Both the position numbers and the translations under genes were made by a program. DNA of 44,380 bases from Catajapyx aquilonaris. Taxonomy: Eukaryota. Under the pieces are notes generated by a model. It was not told where the DNA came from. It did not search any database and worked only from the letters and a program-made list of their open reading frames with translations. Below are positions 1 to 13,986 of the stretch, one piece after another. Location: contig JYFJ02003260.1 of assembly GCA_000934665.2 (NCBI GenBank), positions 1 through 44,380 of the forward strand, given 5' to 3'. The first letter of the stretch is position 1. Each line of letters starts with the position of its first letter.

Positions 1-154
1 TAAATCCGCCACTGGCTGATAATATGGGGAGTGTCTGGGGGCTGGTACCGAATCTTCGGAAGGGGCGCCTCTTCGGAAGGGGCGCCTTGGGCGCCCCCCA
101 TCGGGTTGCGCCCTTGGCGGGGGCCAATTTCGCCACCCCCTAGGTACGCCTCTG
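1..154. mobile_element. Right-hand ends of hAT-like non-autonomous DNA elements (truncated by window edge)
   Basis: TAAATCCGCCACTG (1-14) and CCCCCTAGGTACGCCTCTG (136-154) are reverse complements of CAGTGGCGGATTTA / CAGAGGCGTACCTAGG-type termini common in insect MITEs. The interior is GC-rich with a 17-nt tandem duplication TCTTCGGAAGGGGCGCC (53-86). No matching left ends are visible. Confidence 0.4.
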
Positions 155-3100
155 GTAATGGCTGAAATGTAAAAATAATAATACGAGTTTGTACAGTGAA
201 ACTGGATTTAATTGCTGAGAGTGGATGGTAACTCACAGGGGCAGTGACGTTGCAGGTATCATTTGCATCCGGTAGCCCTTAGTCCCCGGTAATTATTATC
301 CGATAAGTAGATCCCTGTTTAATCTGACTCGGGGGTTCGGATCGACAGCTTTCACGTGTCGGGAGGTCACTGGAGTAGTGGCGGATTTGTCGCGGCTTGG
401 GAACTATGAGGGGGGACAGAAGGGGGTAGTGCTGGGGTGTTTCCAAAGAGATAAATTATACGAATTGATTTATTGATCGACGCTGCACAAAGTGCAACTG
501 GCAATGGGGATATGGGCTGCTCTATATAGTGAGCGATTAGTGCCCAACATTGTTGCAAATTCTGGGGGGGTCCTCAGTTGGGGTGCATTGCCCTTTCCTA
601 TTGTTACCTCAGAGTATAGACCGAGAAGAGGGGGAAGACCGAGCCAATCGACTCTTCCCAGATGTAACTTGTTGTAACTAAGAGCACAGTGGCGCATTCT
701 GCCAGGTCTTGCTTGCCCTGAAACACAGTCGATTTGTAAAACTAATTTGCCCGCACTTTAATTAGCGAGCAGGGGTAACCGTTTCCGACGCCGTATGGAC
801 CCAAATTGATATGCAAGAGACGTTGGCTTTTGGGGTGGCCAGTTATGTTGTAGGAGCCACCCCGCTTTTGTGCAACGGAGGCACGTATATACCCAGCAAT
901 TAGTAACCGCGGGTGCAACAATTGACAATAGCAAATCGAAAGGGAATCGATGGGATGACGCAATGTGTGTAGATTGTAGAATTGGTAATGCGATGCTGGG
1001 TATTGATTCACGAGGTGGCTGCCACCATAAATTTACCTTTTCCAATCCGGTTTGCGGTGTTTGCTGTCACGGCCAGATGGCAGTTAACATGTTTAGTGGA
1101 ATTTTGCTGTTTCCGTGCCCCGGCTACACACTAGACACTTTTCATACGATCGGTATTTGCATTGTGCATCTGTGTTTGGCTGATTAGTGTACCAGATCGT
1201 AGTGGACACTTTGTAGGTGGGACTGTACGCGGCCATCTTTATTCTCCCACTAATCGAAAATGGACTTGGGGTTTTCCCTTAGGAAGCAAGGGAAGGAATG
1301 AATTGGGCGAGGGTCAGCAGGGTGTAGCATAATGGCAGGAGGGGTGGAGGAGGGAAAAAGAATCCTCTTAGGCCTAATTTGCTGCCAGGGAGGGCTGCGA
1401 ATTTGGGAGGAATAGCTGCAGCTAGGGAAAGATGCCAAATCGATAACAGGCTGTTGGATGGATGCTGCCAGGGGTCTTATGGACCGAGCTTCCGAGCCGC
1501 CGTTTATCGACTGGCAAGCCCCTTATGGATCACACCAAGAGATGGATAGATGGATAGTTGGTCACCCTGGAAACCATTTTTTAGGAGGGGTCTCTGGCAG
1601 AGTGGAAAATGCTGCAGCATCCACTCTCCCCCGGTTATAACTTGCCAGATTGGGAAATCAACTCCGCGGCGGATGCCTCCCGGACTTTATATACAGCATG
1701 TGACACTATCTGTGTCTATACCCATCCAGTGTTGTTGGTTGGTTATTCGATACATTTTACTGGCGACACTGCAGTGGCATGAAACTTACACGTTATAGGT
1801 TATACTGTGTGCATTTTGTACGTGGGGTTGGAAATATGCTGCCGGAATTAATGCAGATGTTTGGTGGGAGCATTTACAAAGGTTGCATCATATTACAAAT
1901 TATGAATTTACCCATACATTGTCGACATTTACTGCGGTGATTTTATCACGAGAATAATTCTAACATGCCGTTGAATATTGAGCTTGTATTAGTCTTTACT
2001 GACGGGCCCAAAGCATTTATTGGGACTATACAATACTAACTTCGACATCTCTGTATACATATACGTATATGTCTACCTTGGTGTCCCAGTCAATCATTCA
2101 GGTACAGTACATGCAATGCAAAGTATAGACGACTTTAAAAGAAAGCCATTATGGCAATCGCTAGACTGTGGCCTACACTGATTTCACTCGAGATAAGAAA
2201 TCTTACAGCACTTTAAAGTTATTTAATGCGCACACATTGCCAGTATATTGTTGTATGGATCCAAAACTTGGGGACCCTGACGCAGTGGAGTAACTAATTC
2301 ATGTTCATACCTTTTTTGCACGGTTTTTAAAAATAGAAATCCACATAAATCTATATACAGTCGTGTATTTTGTATATCTAGAGACCGGGATTACCTCATT
2401 AACATTATTTAATCACTCGCCAAATTTATGGTAAACCGAAGCAAATGACCAGAAGGACGACTTGTTAAAATTTCCACAGCTATTCAGAGAAAGTGTCGAA
2501 TTAAATCCATAACGGCATACAATGAGGCAAAATCATGTGAAACTCTAGTTTCAAATAACGGTGTTGCATGGAATGAATTGCTCGAAGACATAATTATACC
2601 CAGGAGCCTAATTAGGATATAATTATAGAGGAGAGTATGAAACAAAAGACATTTGCGAGTCGAAACAGTACCCGCCAATATAAATGTAAATACAGCAGTA
2701 TAAAGCATAAAGTTTAGAGCAAATCGAGAAAAAATTTCAGTCATGGGCTCTCCAATCTTGCTAATGGCAACAAATACGATGACTAACTACTTATCTGAAA
2801 TTAAGGGAAATTGTAGCAATGAACTAGGATTGGTCCCCTGGAACAATTCATTGGCATCGTGCGTCAATGATTGTTCCGGGCCAACCCTCCTTGCAGGCTT
2901 TAAAAAGGATGTGTCTATACAAATTATTAGCTTCTAATACTTTTGATAACCAATGAAAGTAAATGCCTAGTGTCCAAATTACGCTAACCACTAAGGTCAT
3001 ATCAATTTGAACACCTGTATACTTAACTGTGCCTGACTTCTAGCGGATCCTGTGTGAATATGCTGGATATAAAAGCAATATTTATACGGGAAGGTCGCAA

Positions 3101-6100
3101 TTTCCTGAGCCAAAACAGGTAGCATGCGATTGAAGGCACAATTAGACCTAACCCGCAGCCATATTCCGAGCGAGGAGAAAGGAAGGTTGCAATGCACCTA
3201 GGAATTTCTCTGAAAACTCTCGCACGGCGTCAGCTGGCCAGACAATAATTGCATTATTTCGGGTGTAATACAGTAGGCCCCGTCATGCGATACTGCATTC
3301 GGAAGCAGCATCTGCCGCCCTCCTTTATCTGATGTGCAAAGTTTGCCCGCCTTGCACGTTACTTTTAGGCGTAACTCAAATGGAATTTTTGCATGCGACT
3401 AGAAGGTGGGGTTCCGGTGTGACAAAGTCAGGCGTCTGCCGCCGAGAAAAGTGGTGCGAATTTAATTGGAGCAACCATGAGAGAAAGAGGATGGGGCTCA
3501 GATGGAAAGGACTCGGGTTTTTATTGTTGTGATGGAGAAGAAACAGTTCCCAGAAAGTTGAGGCCATCATTAGAGTCGGGGTTCAATTAGGCCAATGGAA
3601 GCTAGGACCACCCACATCCTTTTGCCTGGTTGACCCCCCATGTGCTGACCTTCGACTGTCCGGGGAAATATTTGGTTGTTTATTAGGCGATGCGTGTGGT
3701 TCAGTTGGGCAACCGGAGCGCAGAGGCATTGTTTTCATGCGATGGATTCGGGCAAGGAGAGGCTCCCGTTACAATGTGTGACAATGGGTTTGAAATATTT
3801 CAGCAATAAGATTGAAAACGTACGAAATTATTTAATTTAGGTAACATACTTTACGACGTACATATTTTTATTAAGTAAATATTCTATGATTTTGTGAAGG
3901 GGGGGGGGGGGTAAAATAGGCATATTTTAAAAATCATGTGACTACTAGATTACGTGTGACTATTGATTCCAAGTTTACAGTGAAGCGCTTTATACTGGTC
4001 TTGGACAACTGCGAAAATAAACGGGCGTTGTGGATCCAGGCCAGTTAGGCCAATGTCATGTAATTTCGGTTCCTTGACGTCGGGTTGAGAATTATTATGG
4101 GCCGTTCACCTAGACATATTGTTAGCGCGTCCAACTTTACAGGCGACGATACTTCTAGGCAGTCAGCCAGCTTGGTATCTAATTTTAAGGTAGGGGTCCC
4201 GAGAGCGTTACTGTACGTGACAGGAAGAGCGAAAATTTGCCAAACAACCTGCTTTACTTCATATATGGTTTCCCCCTAAAGAGATCTGGTCCTGATTAGC
4301 CCCCCGTATATGCATCCGCTGCAGTCCACTAACACAGCACACTGGCATGCCAGGAAAATATTTGGGCCGGCATAATAAGCCGAGTAAAAGTCAAATAAAT
4401 TTCTCCGGAAAGTTGCATCGACGGAGACGGAATTCCTACTCTGTCCTCCAACCGAGGTAGGAGCAAAGTTAGCTAGCACCAGGCCACGACAAATTCAAAA
4501 CCATGTTAATGTTGCGTAACGAGAAACTTGGCTTTTAGTCCGCACCGTGGCAGCCAGCGGTTCTGGTGGCTTCTGCATAATAGCTACTCAGAGACCCGGT
4601 TTCATTCCGTGTGTTTATAGCCGGATTCGGCATGAAATTAGGCGCGCACAAGTCGCGAGGCTAAGGAATAAGTGCACATGGCACACTGTTGTATAGGATT
4701 TTAAATAGTGCTTGTATTTTCTCACATTGCTCCACTTTCTGGACTGCAAATACGAGGGGCTGCCAGGAAATCAATAGCGAAACTCCAGCTGCTGCTGCTC
4801 CTGTGCCGATGCTGCGCTCTATAAGGATTATCACATGTTGTTTCAACTTCAGGACGTCGAACTTGTGCCCCATTGTTGGCATATGTGATAGGACTTGCGG
4901 ACATTTTTCTCTCTCGATATGTCACGTGTCAGGGGCAGGGACGGGGGTTTGAAATGTCAAGGCTTTGTGCGTGGAGACTTTTGGAGTTTTTTTGGGGGAT
5001 TTTTAGGGCGGAATTGGAAGGGGGGAAAAAGTTTGGGGGCGATGTTGGCTCAATAGGGTAGCCGGAAAGTTTGTTAAGTGCCTTTTATGAGGGTGTCGGC
5101 TGGGCAGTGTTCATTTTCGTAAAAATTGCTCGGGTCGACCACCTGGTTTTCGGAATGATGATGTTGCGCAACCGGATAGGCTTCGCTTTCAGGGCACTAT
5201 GTGGTGGACTGGATCGTGTAAACGGCAGCGTAGGGTAATTTTCTAACAAAGTGGTTCCCCCAGCTCAAGTGGTGTTAATGTGGCCGTACTCGTATTTTAG
5301 CCGAGGTCTTTAGTTCTCATAGGCCTGTAACCAGAAATTTCCTAAGCGTCACGTTTTACCAGGCTGAAGAGTAGACATGGGTATCCACATATTGAACTCA
5401 TAGTACCCGAACCCAAGTGCGAATAACCAAACATGCTATTTTCATCAATCCGTCTCTTACAGAAATGTCCGTCCTTCTGTTGTTCTCTCCCGTCCCATTG
5501 CATTGCATTGGTTCGAAAAGGCACGTGACATATTCAACATGGCTTCTCCAAATATGTCCGCCATATTGTCTGGACCACGTGACTTTTCAATCAATGGAGA
5601 GTATCAGGAAGGAAGCTGGAGGAGACAATGGTTGGAAGGAAATTCTGGTCATTTGGCATTATGAATGCACTCTTGCAGCTATATCATTCAGCTGAGAGTG
5701 ACTTTAACTCGAATTTTTGACCCATTTTCATATAACCAACTAATGTCCGTTTGCCCTGCAATCGAAGTATTTCCGACTATTAGCTATCCAAATATTAGGT
5801 GTCGCTCCTGCAATGTTGCCTCACCCAACCTTATAGGGGGAAAAAAGGTCCACTTCTGAACCCTGAAAATTGCAGCACACGATCCAGTGCGCTGTGCCGT
5901 AATGGCCATAATAAAGTGAAGGAATTAATTTAGGGTGGGTGGATGGTTGGTCCCTGGAAAAGAGAGGGGTCCACCACCCCCGTCCCCGTCGGGTACACTA
6001 CTATCCCGGTCCGAGTGTTTACATCTGCAGGCAGGTCGATGATCCATCGGGTGGGAAAGGCTTGCGTGCAGACACTGGTATAGCCTATGATTTATCCGCT

Positions 6101-6799
6101 TAAACCCGCACACATATGCGCCTTTCGCCTTCTATTACATACCGGGAGAGAGATATATGTGCGTGGAACCGGCACGTATTTCCACTAATTAAAATACTGG
6201 GTGGGCCAGAATTTAAAAACAAAAAAATACAAAAATAGAAGAAAAAAATCGGGCACAAAAATAATAAACAAATGTTGCATGGCTAGAGCGGGAGTGGATA
6301 TTTTATGTGAGAGAATGACAAAACAGTGTCGGATTTGGGGCCTATCATGCGGCATGCGTTTTAAATAGGTAATGCCATTGGGGAATTATCCGGCTGTCGC
6401 ACATGTATTTTTGATCAGTTAGCGACGGAAATTACGTTATCCAGACGGACCGTGGCATATTGTATACCAACAACATGGAAGAGAATAGGGACGAACTCGG
6501 CGACTCTCGCATTATAAGGTTCAATTTGTTCATGGCGATTGCACTGCGTCGAGTCTCTTGAGACAGGTATGGAGGAAAGGTTAAATTTGAGCGGCTGGTT
6601 GCGTTGAGAGTTAACTGTCCGTTACCGTCGGGCTTTCAAGATAAACGGGCGACTCATAGCAATGGCTCGGAAAAATGAGAGACTATAACTCAGAAGCAGA
6701 GCTTGCAGAGCATGACCAGGGCATTACAGGAAAAACCCTGATAATATTGAAAGAGCTGCTTGATGGCAGCCATCGACGAGTTTCACGCAGGGATTTATA

Positions 6800-7754
6800 C
6801 CGGGTGTAACTAAAAGGTCGGCTTTGTGTCAGTAAAAAATGACTGTCTGACCTTCAAGAAGTGACATAGTCTTGTGTATAGAACTGGAAAGGTGAGGTAA
6901 CAGAACGACCGGCTGCGAATTTCCACAGATACATATCTGAACCGATTTATTGTTCAACTCGGTATATTGAATTTCATGCATCCTCAGTTGGACCAACGTT
7001 AACCGCCGATGATCGTTATTCCGTGGACCGGAGACCACCAGGAAGTTACAACTGAATTAGCTGTTGTAGGGCAGGTTCTACTATGTTATTTATTATTGTT
7101 TAAGTACTTCCAACAATGAATAATATCCTGAAGTCGATCCCGAGGCAAGAGTTTGGGTAACAGAGAGACACCTGCTAAGAAGTACACGCTACATTCCTTC
7201 CACAGCTATGGGTCCACTACCATGTTTATCCCCAGTACCCCAACTTATAATATCCCCCATGGCAACTCCAGAATATACTACAATCCGTTGAACCCTGGGT
7301 AGTTTACCTATATACGTATTGTACCTTCAATGGCTCAACCGGGCCTTTATTTATTAACATTCTGGAACTTAGACTCTTCTCCTTTTTACAGTTCCACTGA
7401 TAGTTACATTCCGAAAAATTACGACTCCTAATAAGTTAGGTATAATGGACTGTACATTATAAACATATTTTGCAAGCTTATTGGTCATGATACTGCTCAC
7501 TGGGCGCAGATTTTAGTGAATAACTTTTCCATTGCAAAAATGAAAATAGTTTCGACCGGAAAATTTTGAGTGTGTTTTTGTCGCATAAAACTGAATCACT
7601 GTCCCGGAAAATTTATGTGGACGGAGCGAGTCCTCTATATGCAGCTTTCACAGCAGTATGGTTTCTGACACTCTTCGAGGGTGTAACTACTGAATACTAA
7701 TCATCTTAGTACAAAAATGTTGACATTTTTGTTACACCTTATTGGAACACCCAG
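6800..7754. mobile_element. Possible degenerate Tc1/mariner-type non-autonomous element
   Basis: TA|CCGGGTGTAACTAAAAGG at 6800 matches the reverse complement of CCTTATTGGAACACCCAG (ending 7754) at 13/18. Palindromic subterminal sequence at 7678-7740. The right TA duplication is not clean. Confidence 0.3.
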
Positions 7755-9877
7755 TTGTAGGCCTGTAATGTCTCTCCGTCTTGGGGGTCAATGGGCGTCT
7801 GATGCATTAGGAAAGCGATACACCTGTATACAAACACCTACAGTAGCCACTTGGCGTAGGCACCGATGCATTTAATCCTTTACAGTATACCTGAAGTGGG
7901 ATGCAGGACATCAAATGCAGCCAAGGTTACTCCCAATTGTAACACACGACAGGAAATTATTGGAAATCGATGTCCCCTGGTTATACTCTCATCTTGTTTG
8001 GACTCTGTGGGATGAAATTTTTGTATTCAAAAAAAGGGGGGTGGGTATAGGCGGTCCTAGTTTGAATCACTTTGGGCCTGCTCCAGTTGCGATAATGACC
8101 CACGGGGTACGTTGCAAAGTAGGATCGAAATTGTTAGTGGGCCCGGGAAAATTTTCATGCAGAGCTCCATCTTCGTTTTCTGGATTACTCGTCAGGATTA
8201 CCCAGGGAGCAAAAGGACACTGCTTTAACTCCAGTAAAGGCTCGATTTATCTCTGGCGGTGGAATGGATGCCACGAGGATTTTGGGCAAACGGAGGCGGG
8301 GAGAGGGATGGAAAAAGGAAAGGGGAAAAAATAAATAAAGGGAGAGAGATTGTAGCGTATCTGGCGAATGCCACCCGGACATCAAAGGGGACAGGGAAAT
8401 TGCTTGGGCAAAATTGGCTGAGGAATAACTAAAAGGGACAGATTGCTGCACTGTAGCCGCCACAAGATGGACTCGGGATTCTGGGATTTAAATCGGTTGG
8501 AATACGGAAATGTCGATCAGGAGCTCTATATATAGTTCTTGACGGAAGTGAGAATAGTGAATAAATTTTTCACTAATTACTGCAACTGTGTGAACACAAA
8601 TTATTATAATATGTCTAATAATTAATTAAATAAATAATAATTTTTATTAATTAGGTTATTTGTACCTACATTTCGGAGGGCTGTCATGAGTACATGCGTT
8701 AATACTACGGACTTCTGGCCTTGGGTCACGGCACATGTCTCTCACGTCACTTTTGAATCTGCCGCTGGCGTTTATTGACCTATGAGATTAATCCTTCAGC
8801 CGTTTATCGATGTTATATCCTAGCTGTACGTATAAGCCCATAAAATAAATCTCGAATGGAAACGCCGTAATATTGGAGGAATAGTGTCAGGAATCAAAAG
8901 ATTCTTGTGAGCTATGAATAATAATGGATCTTGGGAATGGGCAAGTGTGCAAGTCTTAAAATGTAGTATGGTCGTCACCTCACTCTGAATTGTTAAACTT
9001 TAGCAATGTTAGTCTCAGGCAAGGATGAAAGCTAGTCGGTTGGGTGGGTGGCACACGAGAGACACTTTGTGACAGGTGATTTCCTTATTCATGTGCAGGC
9101 AATATTTAGAGGGGACACTCTCGCTTGTGTTACGTTGCATGACAGGAGCTTCCTGGGATTAAAAATCGCGAAGAAAAACCGACTATACGTAATTTATGGA
9201 CGTAGCTCCTTGCAGGAAATTACAAGAGGATTGAAAGAGGTGATGAAAAAAAATATTATGGGAAAAAGGGGTGGGTGGGGGGTGTAGTTTGCGAGGCAGC
9301 TGGTGGAGCTAATCCGACCTGAAATTAATTTGAGGGCTTCATTCCCATCCCCGAGGCGTGTGCTGAAAAGAGGAAAACACAGGCAACACCTCGAGAAGTA
9401 TAGCTCCTCTCGGCTCTTACTATTGGCCTAATGCCTGGGAATTGGGACTAACGCGAGTCCCCGGAGGATCTCCTGCTAATATTCGGCCTCGAACTTTCCC
9501 GGAAACTTGTTGGGTAGTTAAGTCAATCTGGTAGTGCTGGGATTGCCTCCTGTGTCAAGTCCCATCACTCAACGTACGTACCTGATATTGCGAAATGGCT
9601 GGAACGCTTTGGACCCATTCAGACGAGTCAACTTATTTCTCCCAAGACATGTTGTTCACACGAGACAACGTTATATGCATGTCTGGATGGGGCCATTGTT
9701 GTTGACTCATGCTCTATGTGGATGGTACTTAGTTATTTGCTAGCTGATACCTGAAATATTTCTTTTTCCTATTTTTGCACGCTTTCTGACAGCTGGACTG
9801 AAGTGTGAGTATTACTAACCTGCTGTGTGAGGTGTTTTAGAGGGTACACAGATCTGATGTCATCTCTTTTTCTGCAG

Positions 9878-10069
9878 ATACTGACAATCAGCGGGTTATC
9901 ATCCATGTGAAGGATGTCAATGATGAGCCACCATATTTCATCAACCGACCACTTCCAATGCAGGCTGTCGTTCAACTCAATGCACCGCCTAACACCCCAG
10001 TGTTCACCCTGCAAGCAAGGGATCCCGACACGGATCACAACATTCACTATTTCATCGTTAGAGATCGAA
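9878..10069 (+). CDS. CadN: Neural cadherin coding exon (first exon in window; internal exon of a larger gene)
   Basis: Acceptor tctttttctgcag|AT, donor GAA|gtatgt; 192 nt, phase 1 to 1. Translates (D)TDNQRVIIHVKDVNDEPPYFINRPLPMQAVVQLNAPPNTPVFTLQARDPDTDHNIHYFIVRDR, with cadherin DVND and ARDPD Ca2+ motifs. I recognise it as near-identical to Drosophila CadN. The ORF track misses this frame. Confidence 0.95.
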
Positions 10070-10133
10070 GTATGTAACACTATGCAACATTACGTAACTG
10101 ACAGGATACTAATATCTCTTTTCCACAAACCAG

Positions 10134-10380
10134 CTGGAGGCAGGTTTGAAGTCGATGAGCGGTCTGGTGTTGTTAGGACCAGAGGGACTGATCCATTCCA
10201 ACTTGACATGGAGTATGTGCTGTACGTGAAGGCAGAAGATCAAAATGGGCGCATTGATGACCGAAGGTTCCAGTCGACTCCAGAGGAGAGGCTGTCAATC
10301 GTGGGAGGCAAGAGACCGCCACAGTTCTACATGCCCAAGTATGAAGCTGAGATCCCGGAGAACCAAAAGAAGGATTCTGA
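10134..10380 (+). CDS. CadN: Neural cadherin coding exon
   Basis: ccag|CTGGAGG ... TCTGA|gtaagt; 247 nt, phase 1 to 2. (T)GGRFEVDERSGVVRTRGTDPFQLDMEYVLYVKAEDQNG...PENQKKDS(D). Confidence 0.95.
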
Positions 10381-10440
10381 GTAAGTCCTAAGTCTAATTG
10401 CCATGTGAGTTAGAGTTACAATTATTATTCTTGTTTGCAG

Positions 10441-10657
10441 CATAATATCAGTGAAGGCCAAGTCATTTGCTGACCGTGAGATCCGCTACACTCTGAAGGC
10501 TCAGGGTCAAGGTGCTGGGACATTCAACATTGGCCCCACTTCAGGGATTGTCAAGTTGGCCAAAGAACTGGATTTTGAAGATCTCAGACAGCCACATGTG
10601 TATCAACTAATTGTGACTGCAACTGAAGACTCAGGAGGATTTTCCACGTCGGTTGAG
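10441..10657 (+). CDS. CadN: Neural cadherin coding exon
   Basis: ttgcag|CATA ... GTTGAG|gttagt; 217 nt, phase 2 to 0. IISVKAKSFADREIRYTLKAQGQGAGTFNIGPTSGIVKLAKELDFEDLRQPHVYQLIVTATEDSGGFSTSVE, with an LDFE cadherin motif. Confidence 0.95.
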
Positions 10658-10714
10658 GTTAGTTTTGATAATAGTTGTGTTGACGAAGCATTACTAATGG
10701 GAGATGCTTTTCAG

Positions 10715-10991
10715 CTGACTATCCGAGTGACTGATGTGAATGACAACGCACCCAAGTTCGAGCTGCCTGACTATCAAGCACATAATGTCGATGAAGATAT
10801 TCCAATTGGAACGTCAATATTAAAAGTCAAAGCAACGGATTCAGATTCAGGATCCAATGCTGAGATCGAGTACCAGGTGTCAGATGACCACTTTAGTATA
10901 GACTCCAATGGAGTTGTGGCCAACAACAAGCAGCTGGATGCGGACAACAACAATGCCTACTATGAGTTTGTGGTGACAGCTAAGGATAAGG
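10715..10991 (+). CDS. CadN: Neural cadherin coding exon
   Basis: tttcag|CTG ... AAGG|gtgaga; 277 nt, phase 0 to 1. LTIRVTDVNDNAPKFELPDYQAHNVDEDIPIG...EFVVTAKDK(G), with a DVNDNAP linker. Confidence 0.95.
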
Positions 10992-11219
10992 GTGAGAAAG
11001 GGAGACAATACATTTAAAGACTGCTATTGATAACTGTATCAGGTATTGCCTATTGTGTTGGTGTCATTTATGCATCACTGGATTTAATTGTGGCTCTGTA
11101 TTATGACATCCTGTGGACATGTCATTGACACCATGTCATGATACAGCCACATCAAATGACTTAATTGATAGATTTGCAAGCTAGTGTAACACATGAGTGA
11201 TTAATATTTTTGCATTTAG

Positions 11220-11689
11220 GAGAGCCATCCAAGACTGGCACTGCCACGGTGCGCATCTACACCAAGAATAAAAATGACGAGGAACCAAAGTTTTCACAAC
11301 AAGTATACACGCCAAATGTGGATGAAAATGCAGGTCCAAACACTTTAGTGACAACAGTAGTGGCATCAGACAAAGATGGTGACAATGTTAGGTTTGGATT
11401 TGTGGGTGGTGGAACAAAATCTGGCCAGTTTGTAATTGAGGAAATTACTGGTGTGATCCGTCTTCACAATGGGGAGATCAACTTAGACAGGGACAAATAT
11501 GAACTGAATGTAACTGCAATGGATGATGGGGCTTGCTGTGAAAATGGCGATCTCACCATCCACACCAGCACTGCTGTTGTGGTTGTATTTATTACTGATG
11601 TCAATGACAACAAGCCAATATTCAAAGACTGTGCCACTTACAACCCGAAGGTGGAAGAAGGAGCACCTAATGGAAGTCCTGTCATTAAG
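11220..11689 (+). CDS. CadN: Neural cadherin coding exon
   Basis: atttag|GAGAG ... ATTAAG|gtaatt; 470 nt, phase 1 to 0. EPSKTGTATVRIYTKNKNDEEPKFSQQVYTPNVDENAG...TDVNDNKPIF...GSPVIK. Confidence 0.95.
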
Positions 11690-11941
11690 GTAATTCAAGT
11701 AGGATTTATGGTAATTGTTTTTGGGTAATTGCCAAAAAAATTGCTTAATGCTTGCCATAACTCTTTTCTGGTGGAAAATAACCATGAAAGTGGTGCAGTG
11801 CACATAAAATGGGAGTGTCCAGTTGCAGTTTTTGTCCCATTACGGAATGATATAAAATAATGGCCAACTGGGTGTGGTGGTTGTTGATTGAGTTAAGCGG
11901 AAAGGGAAATAAAACCCAGCGAAACTGTCCCCTGCACACAG

Positions 11942-12067
11942 GTCCATGCCACTGATGAAGACAAAGGAGTCAACGGGCAGGTGAAATATTCCATCGTTCA
12001 GCAGCCTAACCAGAAGGGAACCAAGTTTACTGTCAACGAAGAGACTGGAGAAGTTATCACCAACAAG
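11942..12067 (+). CDS. CadN: Neural cadherin coding exon
   Basis: acacag|GTC ... AACAAG|gtaagg; 126 nt, phase 0 to 0. VHATDEDKGVNGQVKYSIVQQPNQKGTKFTVNEETGEVITNK. Not in the ORF track on the + strand. Confidence 0.95.
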
Positions 12068-12701
12068 GTAAGGGAAATATATCGCTCTCATTCTTCAGTA
12101 GAGATATGATGGGGGATTCTGTGTGAATGCATATTGTTAGTGATGCTTTGAACTTTTGAACACTGACGTTTGTAGGAAGGCGCAAAGCCTGTTAAATATT
12201 ATTATACAGGTCTCTTGTTTGACCAGAGCACTTTTAGCTGGTGTATCTGGGTTTGGGTTTGTGATGGGACAGGATTTATGAAAGTGGTTGGTTAAGGTTG
12301 CTTGCAAAAGCCAGGTTACTTACAGGGCATCATTCTCATGCTTGTAACCACAAGGCTGCAGTTTCCTTTCTGGTCTAGAACAGTGCGTCAGTGGCATGTG
12401 TTCTGTTCTTTGATCTCTCAAACTGTGAAAGAAAGGCAATTAAATCCTGTGTTGAGGCATATCAAATAAACTGAACAATTTGAGCCATGTATGCAGGTTT
12501 CATGAGCGTTATTTTTAGAATACAGAACTTGTTGGAAAGTATTGATTTACTGGTAGGTTTTATTACTGTGTTTATTGAGGAGGAGGCACTGTGAAGTGGG
12601 AGATGCTATGATTTCCCTGCTTTTTGTTTGGATAGCTTTTACATCTTTACTGAAACTATTGCATAAACTTGTGACTTCAACTTGCTATTCTTCTTTCCCA
12701 G

Positions 12702-12848
12702 GTGTTCGATCGAGAAGGTGATGATGGAAAGTTTGTGTCTGTGACTGTAAAGGCTACTGATCAAGGAGATCCATCTCTGGAGGGAGTATGCTCCTTCACT
12801 GTTGAAATCACTGATGTTAATGATAACCCACCACTGTTTGACAGACAG
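12702..12848 (+). CDS. CadN: Neural cadherin coding exon
   Basis: ttcccag|GTG ... AGACAG|gtgaca; 147 nt, phase 0 to 0. VFDREGDDGKFVSVTVKATDQGDPSLEGVCSFTVEITDVNDNPPLFDRQ. Confidence 0.95.
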
Positions 12849-12928
12849 GTGACATTTAAAAACATTTTCATACGGTACATTACAGAAAGTTATAAGCATT
12901 ACCAATAATGTTTGTGATGTTTTTTCAG

Positions 12929-13120
12929 AAATATGTGGAGAATGTCAAGCAGGACACAAGTGTTGGGACCAATATTTTGCGTGTGTCAGCCTCAGATGAA
13001 GATGCAGACAACAATGGAGCCATTGTTTATAGCTTAAGTGCACCTTACAATCCTTCAGATCTGGATTATTTTGAAATCCAGCCCGAATCAGGATGGATTG
13101 TTCTCAGGAAGCCTCTTGAC
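12929..13120 (+). CDS. CadN: Neural cadherin coding exon (constitutive exon upstream of the 7a/7b pair)
   Basis: tttcag|AAA ... CTTGAC|gtgagt; 192 nt, phase 0 to 0. KYVENVKQDTSVGTNILRVSASDEDADNNGAIVYSL...GWIVLRKPLD. Confidence 0.95.
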
Positions 13121-13986
13121 GTGAGTATCCACTTGCCAAATTTACTCATTATTTGTACATATTTTATTGTTTTTTCCCAAGTTAGTGTCAGTTCAAAAGG
13201 AATAGTTTATAATCTGCAAGATGATTAAATTTTGTGGTTAAAATATTTTTGAAACTCAAGTGAAAGTCAGTGCAAACTAAATCCAAAAGAGAGTTATAGA
13301 AAGTGTAGAGACGACGACTTGTTCTGAGCAGGATAACACGTGAGGTAGATGTTAATGTCTATTTAATGACCACTTTTGCCTGTTCAGTTTGCGTTTTTTG
13401 AAACAAAGGATTAATAAGGGCAAATTTTTGAAACATTAAATTTTTGAACAGCTTTTGTCAATACCATGAGCAAGCGAGTGAAATGTATTTTTTACATGAA
13501 ATCTTGCGAGAGATTCTAACAATTTTTTCAAGAATCGTGTGAACTTTTTTGCCATTGGCAAAAGTGGCCAAGAAGATTTTTTTACATTTTTATATTTGTA
13601 AAGACTTCTCCCTCAAACTGTCTAGAAGTGCTTTTTATTCTCATGGTTTGAACATTTCTATCTTGCCCTGTCATTTTTGTCTTTTATTGTTTTTGATGGT
13701 GCAGTTTTTCCACCTGAGTAAATTTTTGACGCTACTTGCTTGAGTTTCTGCACTGGATTGAATTTGTGTATTTTTATTATTATAGTATCACACTTTCACA
13801 ATAACAGTACCTGAAGGATGTTAGACAAGTTTCCTAAACGCTGCAGCGGCAGGTAACTTCGGAAGAGATCCCCACTATAATGAAAAAAAAAAAGATAAAC
13901 CTTTTTGGCCTTCAATGTCCAAATCTTGTGCTAATTATAAGAATTTAAAATTTTATGTGACCAAAGGGGTAAAAATGCTACTTTAA

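Noticed and set aside
367..9743. Numerous 60-140 aa ORFs upstream of the first CadN exon
   Set aside because: No recognisable domains, no consistent splice or phase structure, and many depend on non-ATG starts. This is the expected background for intronic DNA.
9914..10384. 156-aa ORF taken as a single CDS
   Set aside because: Its first half is the wrong frame of exon 9878-10069 plus intron sequence. Only 10134-10380 is coding in that frame.
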